NCBI GenBank assembly: GCA_964199315.1
Contig: OZ116701.1
Location: forward strand, 24,304,001 to 24,368,000
DNA from: Orbicella franksi
Lineage: Eukaryota
Direction: 5' to 3'
DNA: 64,000 nt
The notes below the pieces were generated by a model. It saw only the letters and a program-made list of their open reading frames with translations. It had not been told where the DNA came from and did no database searches. Shown piece by piece: positions 24,197 through 36,726 of this stretch. The position numbers and the translations under genes are program-made. Each line of letters begins with the position of its first letter. The stretch's first letter is position 1.

Positions 24197-25225
24197 AAAA
24201 AAAAAAATGTTTTTGCATTTTTGTTTGTTATGTAGCATTTGACTTTTTATCAAGTTTCAGCTGATAAACCTGTACTGTATACTTTTCATGTGAGTTGCTG
24301 GAAGCTCTATTACACAACTATTCATACAACTGTAAGCTAACAGCCACTTGAAGATTAATATTGAATCCAGAAACAAACATGGATGCACTCCTCTATCCAG
24401 AAATTATTATGCAAACTACTAGTCAATCATCAACATATACTTGTAACATCACAAGGATCTTCATGTATCAAAAGAAGCATGCACACTACATGAATAATAT
24501 GTTTTTTTATATTGCTTTTACTGCATTTACAGTAAAAGTTTACCACATTTTGCATCATCTTAAAGCTGGCAATCGACAAAGGAACCTACTTCCTGTAAGC
24601 AAATTGATTATTCTTATTCCACGTGACAACATTTCTTTCCAGTCATGACAAAGCGTATTCAGAACTTCAGTGGAATCCACACCATTGGCAAGGTGTCTAT
24701 TTGGGACCAACTGTTGAATTCTCAGTTGCTGACTTTATTATGTAACTGGCTTAGATATTGCTGCAAACCCTCTTGACAGTACATCTGCAAGTTAATTTGA
24801 TATCTGTAAACAGTCTACGATGAAAGTAATAACAACTCATCTATGTTGATACCTAATAATCAATATTACTTTCTTTATTTCAATTTATAACCTTATCTTT
24901 CTAGTGATGGTCTATTCACTTGTAGTACTTTAACTCCCGAATACTAACATTTAAAACTAACACTCCAACTGAATGAAATAAAAGTAAATCTAAGTCCACA
25001 CAAGTACGCTTTGCAGACCTATTTTTTGACTGCTCGTTGACTGCTGGATTGCCTCTTTCACTTCTTCTTGGAAGTGCTAGCTCGAAGTAGTTCAGCAGAG
25101 ACTGTGCAGTCATCGAAGCTTGAATGAGGCAGACGCACCACTTGTGCTTGGAAGAGGAGTGATGAAAATACTCTGTACTCTGTCCATCTCATCTACTCCG
25201 TTACACCCATGTAAAAAAATAGTCA

Positions 25226-25450
25226 AGATCCCAGGTGGGATCCCCGGTGGGATTTTGGAACGGGATCCCAGGTGGGTTCCCAGGCGGGATCCCGGGTTTG
25301 ATCCTGGGTGAGACCAGTGATATTGGTCACATGTTCAAAGGTGGGATCCCAAGCAGGATCCCAAGCGGGATTCCACCTGGGATCCCTGATCCCGAGTGGG
25401 ATTTCAGAAGGATTCTTAGGTACGACCTTGTAGGTGGGATTCTGGGCAGG
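25226..25450. repeat. Left subterminal array, ~12-bp unit gggatcccaggt
   Basis: gatcccaggtgggatccccggtgggattttggaacgggatcccaggtggg... The GIPG-repeat ORF 25235..25480 is a by-product. Confidence 0.85.
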
Positions 25451-25749
25451 ATTGAAAAATTCTCTGGATATAATTTCTAGTTGGGTGAAATATCAGTACA
25501 AGAATGTCATACAACACTTAAAATAAGTGTAAATTAACTAAAGAATAAAGCATCAATTGAAATTTACCACACCAAACATTGATCTTGTGCCAAAAGGGAA
25601 AAGTTAATTTTATTATATTATCAGATCTACATATAACAAATTATTAAATCAATTTACAATGAGAAATGCAAAATGTTTGGGATATTACAATTAAAAGATT
25701 TCAAAATATTAACAAAAAGATGATAAAAAGTATACTTGTAATAAAAAAA

Positions 25750-28046
25750 TTATTTTCTTTTGTTTAAATTACGGCATTTGTCAGCGATTTTTTTGCTAAA
25801 TGTTCATAGGCTCTTTTTTGAAGTTGTTTAGTGCCTCCTCCTCAGTCCACTGGAAACAGTGAGCAGGATGGGCTGTTGGAACAAACACATTAATAGCGAA
25901 TTATAAGAGAGAAAGCAATCAAAAATCTGACTGCATGAGACTTGTTTAAATCAACTGTCTTTCTGATAATTAATCAATAAAGTACAATTCTATACAATTT
26001 CTCCCTCGTAATTACAAACATTTCATATGAAGCTCAATGAAGAACATGCATGCAATAACCTTAAATTAGGTTTTGAATGTGATGGTCCAAATTGTTTTTT
26101 AGAATACCGGTAGGTAACAAATTAAGGTACATATGCTTTGAGAACTTACACTGAATGGCACCAAGGATATTTTTGTCAAGGGCCTTTTTTCCATTTTGGC
26201 CAGAGATATTGGATGATGCCTGTGTCTTAAGGTCAACAAGGATGTTAAGAAGATTAAAGGCTAGGGATTTTGGGACACCCCTAGCCTGCTCCTCTGCCCT
26301 CCTAATGACCTCTGGAGAGGCCAGCACTCCAAACTTCTTGTGCCCAATATACCCTAAATGTACAAAGTAAAACAATCGGCCAGTTAGAGCTAATTAGTCA
26401 CAATTACATGTAACAGGATCTCATAAAAGTACACAATGAATTTTTCTTGCAGGATATTTATTACAGTCATTTTATCTTATCATATTTATGTTAAATCTGT
26501 CATCACCCCAGTAATAAATGTGAGATATTCATAACTATAAAAATCATTATTAATTCTTTAAATAATAAGTTTACATGGGTGTTTAGCATACAATTGCAGG
26601 AATAGACTGGTTGGATATCCATTGGAAAAATATAAAGGAAATTTAAGTATTTCCCCATATCAGTCAAATCAACAGAATAAAACTGGCCTAAATGTAGATG
26701 GAGATTCTTTTCTCTATATACATGTAGGAGACTTGAGAGCAGGAGAAATGGTCAATGATGCTACAGAATTTTCCAGTCAATTTTTGAAGAGATTTTCAAA
26801 AAAGCAAAATACTGTCATTAAGTTCCATTTGCTTTCCCACAAAAAAATTTATAAAATGACTTGTTAGTTTTAAATGGTCAGAAAAACACTCCAATTCAAG
26901 GTTAGGGGAACACAAACCAGAGCTTTCTTTTGATCCAGATGCAGCCTGTGATTGTGGATCAGTGTTTGGCTTTGCAGAACTTTCTTCCTTCTCCTGCTCC
27001 TGCTCCTTCTTGGGGGTTTCCTGTACAGTGATGGGTGTTGCAGTACTTATGGGTGAATGGCTCACCACTAAGTTGAGAGGCCTGGAAACCTTAAAAAAAT
27101 AGAAAGAAAAATTTCTGCATCATTATTGCAGTAAAGGAAAATGATTTTATTTATATCCTAATGGGGTGGCATTTTAAAAGAATTGATCAAACCTAATTAC
27201 CTTTTTCCAGAAACTTAACTTGCTATCTCCTCCAACTTTTTCTCATTTGCATTTTTCAGATAAGGCTAAGATTGCATTGTCTAAGGCATCAAATCGATCA
27301 TAGATGCCTTTAACTGATGTTGCAAACATTTCCTGAAAATGACAATAATTTCGATTGATACCACACTTTTTAAAATGCTATCATATCTTAAGAATGGTAT
27401 AGTGTATTTACAGCTTTATTGAAAACTTATTAGCAATGGTATATTGCAGTTCCTGAATTTTGATTGGTTAACAAGCAATGGTATATGAACTAATATACCC
27501 TGGCCTACATTAGTATGGTAGACTGTGTACATGTCAATGAGAACAGCCAGGGAGCTCAAATATTGCAATTCTTTGGATGTTTTTAATAATTAAAAACAAT
27601 TAAACTACTTGTGTTTGTTGGATATGAAATAGTTTTAGCGAACTCGGCACTACACGCCCTTATTTGGCTATCTATAACCATCTCATATCCAACACAGGCT
27701 CATGAAATACCATATTGTTAAGTATATCTGAGAGTTAACAACAGTTATTCTGTTTGGGAAATTCTCCTGTTTTTGATGTGCGACATTTTCATTCGGAAAT
27801 GGTAAAGTTAACAAACATTCCTTACTCATAATGATTGAGAAATTAAAACACATTTGTCCCACTTGCCTGTGCCTTTTTTTAATATAAGGTCCCCTATTGT
27901 AACTAACCTTTAATTTGCCACTAAAATCTCTCACAAAATGAAGTTTGTTTATCAGACTGTCTCTTCGTGGCTGCAACCAACCCTCTGTCTACACAAACGG
28001 TGGTCCCACTATCTGAATCACTGCCTTCAATGTCATTATAATTTTC
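25750..28046 (-). pseudogene. Spliced BEN-domain protein gene (accessory gene of the CACTA-like element); 5' exons not found
   Basis: GT-AG exons 28046-27908, 27332-27201, 27089-26918, 26353-26150 and 25872-25750. The middle three join with compatible phases. The BEN-like region reads EEQARGVPKSLAFNLLNILVDLKTQASSNISGQNGKKALDKNILGAIQ...FSKKIADKCR. In-frame TGA in exon 27332-27201; indels in the first and last exons. Confidence 0.7.
27617..27693. mobile_element. Small palindromic MITE-like insert in a BEN-gene intron
   Basis: Perfect 11-bp inverted repeat gttggatatga...tcatatccaac. Confidence 0.5.
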
Positions 28047-28468
28047 CTGTTCAGTAAAACAAAAAGACATTTCTATTACTAAGTAACACTGAAAAATCGA
28101 TAACTTTAAATGTCTCCAATTTATAATCATCAGTCTTTGCCTTACCCATATGCCCCTGGAAATTTTTGCAGAGAAATGCCATCAACTTGTGTCAGGTTTT
28201 CCACTTACTATCTTGAATTAAAAAAGGAACCAAAACTGTCTAAAAGGGTACTGTTTACAAGCTGAGCACTTAAATACCGATTCTTAAGCAAAGGCTAATT
28301 AACAGTTTTCAAAGTTCTGAGCAGTTGAGGTGTGAATGTGTTCATTTAGAATAAACGTTTAAGTTCAGGACAGAACAGGACAACATTTTGCCAAGTGTCA
28401 AAACAGAGTCTGTTGGTTAAATTAATACATGTATGTTTATTAGTTCTATACCAATCTTTATTGTATAG

Positions 28469-31400
28469 ACAATCCAGAAAGTACCTTCTTTTGGCTGGGT
28501 TGTGGTGTTCAAGCAAAAAGCCAAACATGCTCACTTTTGGACAGCCAGTGATAAGTGCTTTTTGTGATCTCTACCAAAATGGTAAGTGCTTTGGATGGAG
28601 TCAACCCTGTAAAGCCATTATAATGCTGACCTTCATCTAATTTCTCCTTATGACACCGAGTGCTCATGCAGTATAAATAACAACAGCAATAATAATAATA
28701 CTTTATTCAAATACAAATACAAATACAAATAAAAAATTAGTATTTTTTGTATTTGAAAAGGAGGACCATGAGGTTAACCCTATTTAGGTCCCCTGACTAT
28801 AGTTAATTAAAATAATTTACAATCTAAAATTTTAAAATCTAAAATAAATAAAATTTTAAAATCTAAAGTATCTACTAGAAATCAGTATCTAGCACTGAGG
28901 TGGCAGTAGTATATAATAATGGATGTTCATCCACTTTTTTAAGCTGTAAAGTAATGTGAGAAAAACTTTGTCTCTTACGGCCCTTTAATGTACTTCCTAA
29001 TTTTTTTCGTCATTAATATTACAGATCATTCAAAACTATTGTTGTAGGAATTCCTGTTAATGTGAATTCTGGAGAAAAAAGGATCCATGCCACACTGCTG
29101 TTATGTACTGAAGATCTTCAGGCCAAATCATTAGTAACAAACATGAAACAGTACAATGGGGAAAGTAGTTGTTCGACATGTTTTGATTCTGGGCAGACTG
29201 TAGGAAAAAACAACCTTCACAGGGTATGGCCTCATACTCCAAACATGAAGTACAGAACGCATAAGTCTATGGTGAAATGTGCTTATGAAGCTTCAAAATC
29301 AGGCGTGTCGGTATGTATGTAATTCTAAACTCAGTTTTATTAGCAAGTTATAGTTAATGTCCTGCTGTATTAATTTATATAAGGTTGCTTTCCTTTAATC
29401 CAATTATTACCTGAGATTAATCAAATTCTAGCACATCCATTGAACAAAAGGAAAATCTGAAAATGGTAAAATGATTAAATTATGTTGCTACTTATATTCT
29501 ACTTGATGAATTAAAACGGTACGGTGCTACAAGTGAACAAAAAGCAACATCTGTGCTGCCCCAAACTGGCTGTCGCAGGAGCCAATGGGTTAAGACCAAG
29601 TGTGCAGTTCAAAATAATATAGCCAACATTTTTTTTTAGTTTTCTTACTCACTCTCACATTTCCTGTACTACAGGTGAAAGGAGTTAAAGGTGCCTCTGT
29701 ATTTATGCTCTTCAAGGAGTTCAATCTTGTTGAAGGATTTGCACCAGACTGGATGCATGGCGTTTGTCTTGGCTTGATAAAGAATTTGCTTGCATTTTGG
29801 CTTAATGGAGAACATAAAAGCAAGGACTTTTACATAGGGAACAAGGTATACATGTACATGTAAGGGTGTTGATTAGGTTTAAGCCTAATCAACACCCTTA
29901 CAATAAATGGCTTAATGTGGAATTTCACAAGTGTCAGAACAGTTTAATATTCCTATTTGGTTCATCTCACACTATGAGATTCAGCATTCAATTTAGATGT
30001 CACATTTAATTGTTAATTGTTACTTGCTTATAGCATGTGACTGTAAAGTTTAAAGGTAAAAACAAAAATAAAAAAGTTAAGACAATCAAATCAATTCTGT
30101 TACAGATTGCTGCCCTAGATAAATGTCTGACCTCAATCAGAGTTCCAGATGTGATTTCCTGAAAACCTAGAACACTAGAAGACAGAGCACATTGGAAAGG
30201 TAATTAGCAGTTATTCATTGCAATGACTTCACGCCTGAAGCTATAGCATGCATGTCATAGGCCTTAACATTACTATTTACCACGTAAACAATAGTAAGTT
30301 GTTTGTAATAATTATTTACATATACCTTTATTTCAGCCACAGAATTCAGGGCTTGGTTGCTGCATTTCTCAGTGCCAGTGCTGATGGGGATCCTACCTCC
30401 TCCTTACCTACAACACTACTCTTTGATGGTTACAGCAATGTCACTTCTTGTTAGCGAGAAAATATCTCACAAAGACCTCAGTGATGCAGAAAAGATAATA
30501 GACCTGTTCTGCAAGGAACTTGGCACCTTATATGGTAAATATTAATTTTGCATGATGTAATATCGTAGCTACCTCAAAAAAAAAGGAAATCCTAGGCAAT
30601 GCCTTTACCTTGTTCTTGCGCATTTCAGACTGCTTTTTCTTAACCATGTTGTTTTTCTTCTCTGATTAGGTGAAAAGGCAATGACTATGAATGCCCACCA
30701 GTTGAGCCATTTTGTCTACTTTGTAAGGCTTTATGGTCCTTTGTGGGTGTACTCTTGTTTTGGCTTTGAAAACATGAATGGCTGTTTAACAAGCTTGATC
30801 CATGGAAAAAGACACATTGCAGAACAGGTACCTCCAGCCTTAAATTTGTAGTTGTAGTAATAAAAGTAAGAGTTTAAAGGATAGAAATGTTAGTATTCTT
30901 TTTAAAGTACATGATCGTATAAAATTGTGTTCATTGAACATCTAAAAACATCATATTTTTTCCCTTTTCATAGGTAGCATTTGCACTGTCAGTCTTGAGG
31001 AATCTTCCATCTCTTGTCACAAAACTGAATCCCTCACTCAACTCTTCATCAGTGATGAAATTTACAAAGAGGTTGTCATGTGAACATTCCAGGTAAATAA
31101 GAGCTGTTGCAGAGGAGGATATTAAGAAATATTTTGTAATTCTATACTGTATCAACACTGTACTTTGGTAAAGCTGATTATGAAAATAATAACACAAGAA
31201 AATTAGTCTCCCTTGTTTATACTGCTTAGCCTTTCCCTTGTTTGTACTGATTAGCCTCCTGCCAGTTGGGTTTTTCAACAAGTTTATATGCGCTTTGCAA
31301 TATTTGTTTATTTATTTACAGTGTCCACAATAATTAGCACATCAGTGCTTAATACATTGACACTTAAATAAAGTTATTTATTCATTTTATTTTTATAGAA

Positions 31401-31800
31401 TTATTTATTAAAAGTTTTAAGTTGTGCAAATTTTACATGCCATTGATATTTACAATGGTTAAAAAAAATTAGGGCTGCTGTCGATCATAGTAAAAGTGCA
31501 TTAACATTATTTTGAAGTGAATGAAAAATTATGCTTCTTTTAAGTTTGTGGTGTAAGTCATTTATTTCATTTTGAAAAATGAACATGTACATCCAGAAAT
31601 TAGTGTCACTTCATTTCCTTTGTCATTGTTTTCTAACAAATTGTATTTTATTATTAAATCACATGTCTAAAGTAGTGTACTGTAACAACTTTGTTGCTGT
31701 TAAGTTGGAACAACTGAGGGATATTTGTGTCAAGGTGGAAGTTGCTGGGAAAAATGATGTGTTCATAAGTAGATTCCCAAATCTGGTGGAGAGAAATTAG
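28469..31800 (+). pseudogene. Intron-rich EnSpm/CACTA-type transposase (N-terminal exons not found)
   Basis: Phase-compatible GT-AG exons 28469-28581, 29048-29310, 29675-29845, 30106-30199, 30337-30534, 30670-30827 and 30974-31092, plus a last exon ending at 31800. Motifs: LAGLW..KP, DLQAKSLVTNMKQYNG..SCSTC, DWMHGVCLG, WKATEFRAWL, HQLSH, GPLW..SCFGFENMNG.L...HG, SRFPN. One TGA at 30160-30162. Confidence 0.85.
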
Positions 31801-31994
31801 GTTTATCTTACAGACAGAAATCTATGGTTATACATGCAGTGACCAAAAAGAATATGATTTAAAGAAATAAAACATGGCATGTACAAGTACATGTGTTCGT
31901 ATAATTTTATAAGCTGTGCTGCATCTGGGAGATATAGTTATAAAAATAGTAAAACCTGTTCTGTATTTTTTAATCAGTGACATTTTTTACTGCC

Positions 31995-32310
31995 CCTCCT
32001 GTGATCCCAACTTTCCTGCCCACAATCCCTACTGTCCTGCCTGGGATCCCAACTTTCCAACCAGAGATCCCTACTGTCTTGCCCAGGATCCCAACTGTCC
32101 CAGCTGGGATTCATACTGTCCTGCCTTGGATGCCTACTGTCCCACCCGGGATCTCAACTGTCCCACTCGGGATTTCTACTGTCCCGCCTGGAATCCCAAT
32201 TGCCCCACCCGGGATCCCAATTGTCCCACCCGGGATCTCAATTGTCCCACCCGGGATCCTGGCTATCCCGCTTGGGATCCCAACTTTCTCACACAGGATC
32301 CCGGCTATCC
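31995..32310. repeat. Right subterminal array, 21-bp unit cccacccgggatcccaattgt (~15 copies)
   Basis: Clear 21-bp period. The reverse complement of its core (gggatcccgggtggg) matches the left array (gggatcccaggtggg). Confidence 0.9.
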
Positions 32311-32329
32311 ATTTTCCAGGAAGTGATGC

Positions 32330-33220
32330 TCCTTGATTGACAAGCACTTGCCATCGTTTACCTCAATCAAATTACAATCTATGCAAAGTGGTCGAGTGAC
32401 CTCGCATTGCAGGTTGGCTAGGATATTGATGACTTTCTTCATGTCATTTAGAAGTTGTGCCTTGAAAGATTTGTTCCCGCCAAACTATTAACGAACGCCT
32501 CCACCTCCCACTTATAGGAATAGGTGCACTTTGCCTTGTCGCATTTCTTGTACACTTTTCCACCATACAAAGCATAGCCAGGCCTTTTCATGGCGATACC
32601 AATGTCATTAACAAGCACTGTGAGTTTATTGGGCAATCTTGCCTGTTCTTCGACGATCTCATTCTCTCTTGGAACAGCCAAGCTGTCTAATTGAAAGCTG
32701 AACTGATTGATGACCAGTTTTACATCTTGAAGTTTCTTCAAAGCCCAGGAAAGACTGCAATGAAATGAGGGATCGACAAGACAAGTTTGGACTATGTTCT
32801 CCGTGCTGCATTTGTCGAGATCCACTGAATCAGCATCCCCTACGAAACTTTCAAATTCATCCCAAAAGCAATACTGGTAAGACAAATTCCCTACCTCCTC
32901 CATAAACGGGTTCTTTTGGTCTTTAAGGACTTAAAACAGCTCTTTCATCGCTCCGGTTTCTTTACCCTCATGACGCATTTTCAAAACCTTCCTCCAAAAC
33001 TTTGGAAGCATATTTTGCACTAATAATACTACTTTTTCCCAAAATTACCAGGCTCAAGTAGCACAACGCAGCGCTTCTTATTGTCCTGCTGTTTGGTTGA
33101 CGGCATGGACAACGAGCCCTCTACATCTTGAACGAGAATGTAAGCCTTGAAACGTGTTTTGCTTTTATAGAGAGAAGACTTGTGAATTTCCTGGGAATAA
33201 TTATACCACACGAAATGCAA
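32330..33220 (-). pseudogene. Degraded intronless coding fragment of an uncharacterised protein
   Basis: Protein-like frames HFVWYNYSQEIHKSSLYKSKTRFKAYIL, NKLTVLVNDIGIAMKRPGYALYGGKVYKKCDKAKCTYSYKWEVEAFVNSLA and NDMKKVINILAN...IEVNDGKCLSIKE. Truncated at the CACTA terminus. Confidence 0.45.
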
Positions 33221-34079
33221 TCAACAGAAGACATAATTATTTGTTTTAAATGGCCAACTGTGACACGCTATCAGTTCACAGGCGCTTTCCAGTGGGTTTT
33301 CTAAATGACTTTTCTTGCAGTGTAATTTTCATATCGATGCCATTTTTTGTCACACTGGTTTGCAATCAACAGCTCTTTCACAGCAAACAATAACGTAGAT
33401 TACAAAGCGACTGTGACATGTTAAATCAGCCAATTGTGACATGCCATCATGACATCATTACACACAAATTTTATCATGTCATTTTCCTGAATTTAATTTT
33501 GCTCTGATTTGCACTGGTCAGCAATCAACAGGTATTTTACATCAAACAATAAACTCGATTAACAAGCCACAGTGATGGTAAATTCGTGTGAGAGGAATTT
33601 AGGAAATGATGTCTACACATAGTCCCAGGAGGTGTTAACAACAACATCAACCAGAACTAATGAGGCAAACAAAAAGAGTTGAGAAAATATCATCTACAGC
33701 GGCGTGTTTTCTTCACGTGTCACACAATTATCATGAGTCATGTTAAAAACACAAACAAGAATAAATAAACTGAAACAGTTCTCATTCTTGATGTTGGGGA
33801 AGGTAGGAAAGTGACCTAAAAGTGTCACTGGCTTTTGAAGAAAGATGTAACATCTATGTCACTGCAAATGTGGGATGTGGTTCACTAAAAACAGTTGAAA
33901 CAGAATATAAAAACCAGACATGAGTAAAATCTTGTGTTTCAAAGGCCAATCAATAAAAGTGCAAAATGTTATGCTTTACTTTTACAGAGAGATATTAAGA
34001 TTAATCTGAACATTTTTGCACAATTCGTGAAATCCTTCTTTTCTGCCGTGATTAGAAGAAAGTTTCATCCAACTGCCTC

Positions 34080-34303
34080 CCAGCACTGGAAATGTCCACC
34101 GAAGGTTTTTCCTAATAATGGTGGAAAAGACAGATTTTATGGAATTTGTGGATTTTTTAAATTTAATTTAAATCTTCTCTTTAAACTGTCAGTATAACAT
34201 AAACAATATAAATAATAGAAATTATTTATATAAAAAAATTCCACGAAATCCATCCTTTCTGCCATTATTAGGAAAAACCTTTGGTGGAAACTTCCAGTGC
34301 TGG
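34080..34303. mobile_element. Fold-back MITE-like element with ~75-bp imperfect TIRs
   Basis: ccagcactggaaatgtccaccgaaggtttttcctaataatgg... versus ...ccattattaggaaaaacctttggtggaaacttccagtgctgg, with an AT-rich spacer. Confidence 0.75.
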
Positions 34304-36726
34304 TTACATTGAGAGCTGTTTTGGCAATTTGATCATTACCTGACTTTTTTACAGAATTTTAAATTTCTTCCCTTTCGGACTACTCATGAAGCACCATAAA
34401 AAGACAAAATTTAAAGGAAAATATCGCCAAAAGTACATCACTTGAGATCCCAAAACTACCCTCCACTTAAAGAGCTATGTCTCACCTGTAAAAACATGCA
34501 ATAAAATTTTGGGACAGTTAAAACTGTAAAATGTTAGAAGAAGTTTAAGCTGTGCTTTTGTCAACAAAGACCGTTGTCCTAATTAGCATAATAACGTGAA
34601 AATAACGATCCACAGAGAAAATAATGATATTCCACTTACCTCGCAACATGTCGACAACTGGATGTTCCACGATGCCTCATGTTATATTTTCAGTATGTTT
34701 CAGCCACATTTTTGGTGATTAGTGTACGAAATCACTCTCAGACATCACCACAGTTAAGCAGATTTCAACTCTCCGAAGCCCGCTTCATAACATCTATCGA
34801 TATTACTTGTCTTCCATCTCATAAGCCACCATTTACAAGAAGTTTAACAATTTGCTGAGATCCTAACTGACCCAGAAGTCTGTTAGCAGTCTTTAAAATT
34901 CTTTTAATTGAGGATTCTCATCAAGAACTTGTTTAAGCTCAGTTCTGTTTTGATCTGTTGTGAACCCGCTATTCTTCCACAGATTGTGTTACATTTGAAA
35001 AATGCATGTTCCAACGGGTAGGGGTAGGGTGGTGACATTAAAGGCATTTTATGCATTTCTGTGGTTAAACTAGTAACTGGCTTTCCCAGAATAATTTGAA
35101 CATGAGCTTCTGCTTGCAGCCATTTTGTAGGTTATTTTTGCAGGCTAGATGGAGGGGGTCCTGTATTAAACAAAAAATGATAGACAGTATCAGGTCAAAA
35201 GATTATGATCTGTGTATCTTGATCAGCTTTATCAGTTTATCAGTGAGGTCCCATTAGGGGTTTTCAGGATACTGGATATTTGGGTAAAAAATTAATAGGA
35301 TGCAAGAAATTTAGGGGAAAAATTAACGGGGTATAGCATGTTTAGATCAGATAAAGCAGGACAACAGACTGACGAATAAGTGTGCAGGAAGTAATGGTAA
35401 GCAACGTTTTATTGAAACTCCTTACATTTTCTTAGCCGTTTCACTTTTGCATCAGAAAAGAAAATGCTCAGAAAATTACTGAAGGGCAGTTAAGGACAGT
35501 GCCTTCTTTTTTGTGGGCACATGGTCTGTGCATTACATAAGGCATGGTTTAAACGCCAGGCATGTGCTTGGGTTGGAACTAGTGACGTAATTAACTACCC
35601 TACGAAGCGTGCGACTTAAAAAAAATTCCTACTGTGGCCAAAACAAATTTTGTACTAAAACCAGGATTACCAGAAAAGCAGCATATCGCTAAGCACTAAC
35701 TGTGAACGGCTTCCAGCTGAAAAACTAGCTTTTATCGTATCCATAGAAAATATCACACTGAAATTTCATGGTATATGGCATAATGCGCACACAAAACAAC
35801 TGCGAGAGACATCAATGTTTAACTTACTTGGGAAGTAACAGGAAAAAATGTAACAGACACCGACAAAGTTTTCGAAAGGATGAAACAACTCATTTAACTT
35901 TTGAATCAAAGGATACCTATGGCCAAACTCATGGATTAAGTAATCTAGAGATGAAACATCTTGGTGAACTTGCAATTATTGGTCAATTTTTAACGGCTGT
36001 TATAACAAGCTGGGTTCATACCATGCAAGGTCACTCTTATCTCACTTGGTGTAGGCTTTGTACATGTTACAAAGACATACGTCCAGAATAGCTAGTGTGG
36101 CAAAATGGTAGGTGAACATGGTGTGGTATAGGCAAAGGACTCTTGGGTCATAGTGGACTCTAACCCTGCCCCCCCCCCCCCACCCCCTCCCCAACCCAGA
36201 CCTTCATGTTGATGTTTACCTGCTGAGATTACTGGGAAAATTTGCCTGTATTCAAGATTTTTTTTTCATTCTCATACGAGCTTACAGACCTTTCTCACTG
36301 TATTTCACTCAATGTTATAGGTAAAGGTTTCTGGACAGCACTTGCTTTTTAATGTGGAACTGCTAGTCTTTAATTTATTGCATGTAAAATACATCAAAAT
36401 AGGTAGCCTCTTTTGCAAGCATTTTCAGTGTTGATAAAAAATCTGTCGACCCATGAATATGTGCTTCAATGAGCTCAGAGGGATTCTTTCCTTTGTTATC
36501 ATTCTTTTCAATCAGGAAGCAAAAGTGTGAACATAAGACGGCATAAAAATCATTCAACTTATCAAAGTCAAGTATTTGAGAATTTCTTTTCACAGTTATG
36601 TGCATTTCACATCCCACCTTTAGTTCAGATCAATGTACTAAAATAAACAAGACAAGTATAGAGAACACAACTTTAATCTAAACTTAACTCAACATGAAAA
36701 ACTTAGGAAAAAATGCATAACTTAAC

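Larger units (their letters stand above)
25204..32325. mobile_element. CACTA/EnSpm-like (CMC) DNA transposon, ~7.1 kb, with two divergent spliced genes and inverted subterminal repeat arrays
   Basis: Degenerate termini CAC-CCATGTAAAAAAATAGTCAAGATCC and (reverse complement) CACTTCCTGGAAAATGGATAGCCGGGATCC. Inverted GGGATCCC arrays abut both termini, and an EnSpm-type transposase lies inside. No matching TSD found. Confidence 0.72.

Noticed and set aside
25235-25480. GIPG-repeat ORF resembling a collagen- or elastin-like protein
   Set aside because: It is the translation of the 12-bp subterminal DNA array.
30160-30162. In-frame TGA as selenocysteine (also in the BEN and RPA-like frames)
   Set aside because: The TGAs sit where Arg (CGA) fits the motif, and I saw no SECIS; CpG deamination is the simpler explanation.
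25204-32325. A target-site duplication for the CACTA-like element
   Set aside because: Flanks (tta | atg) do not match at 2 or 3 bp, and the ORF cut at 32330 does not resume at 25203. The boundaries are therefore supported only by the degenerate TIRs and arrays.
31916-32347. Pro/Cys-rich repeat ORFs (PTRDPNC, GIPIVPP) on both strands
   Set aside because: Open in several frames on both strands, as expected for a stop-free 21-bp repeat; better explained as the transposon end array.
36168-36197. C-rich tract (potential G-quadruplex on minus)
   Set aside because: A short low-complexity run with no associated feature; common in such genomes.
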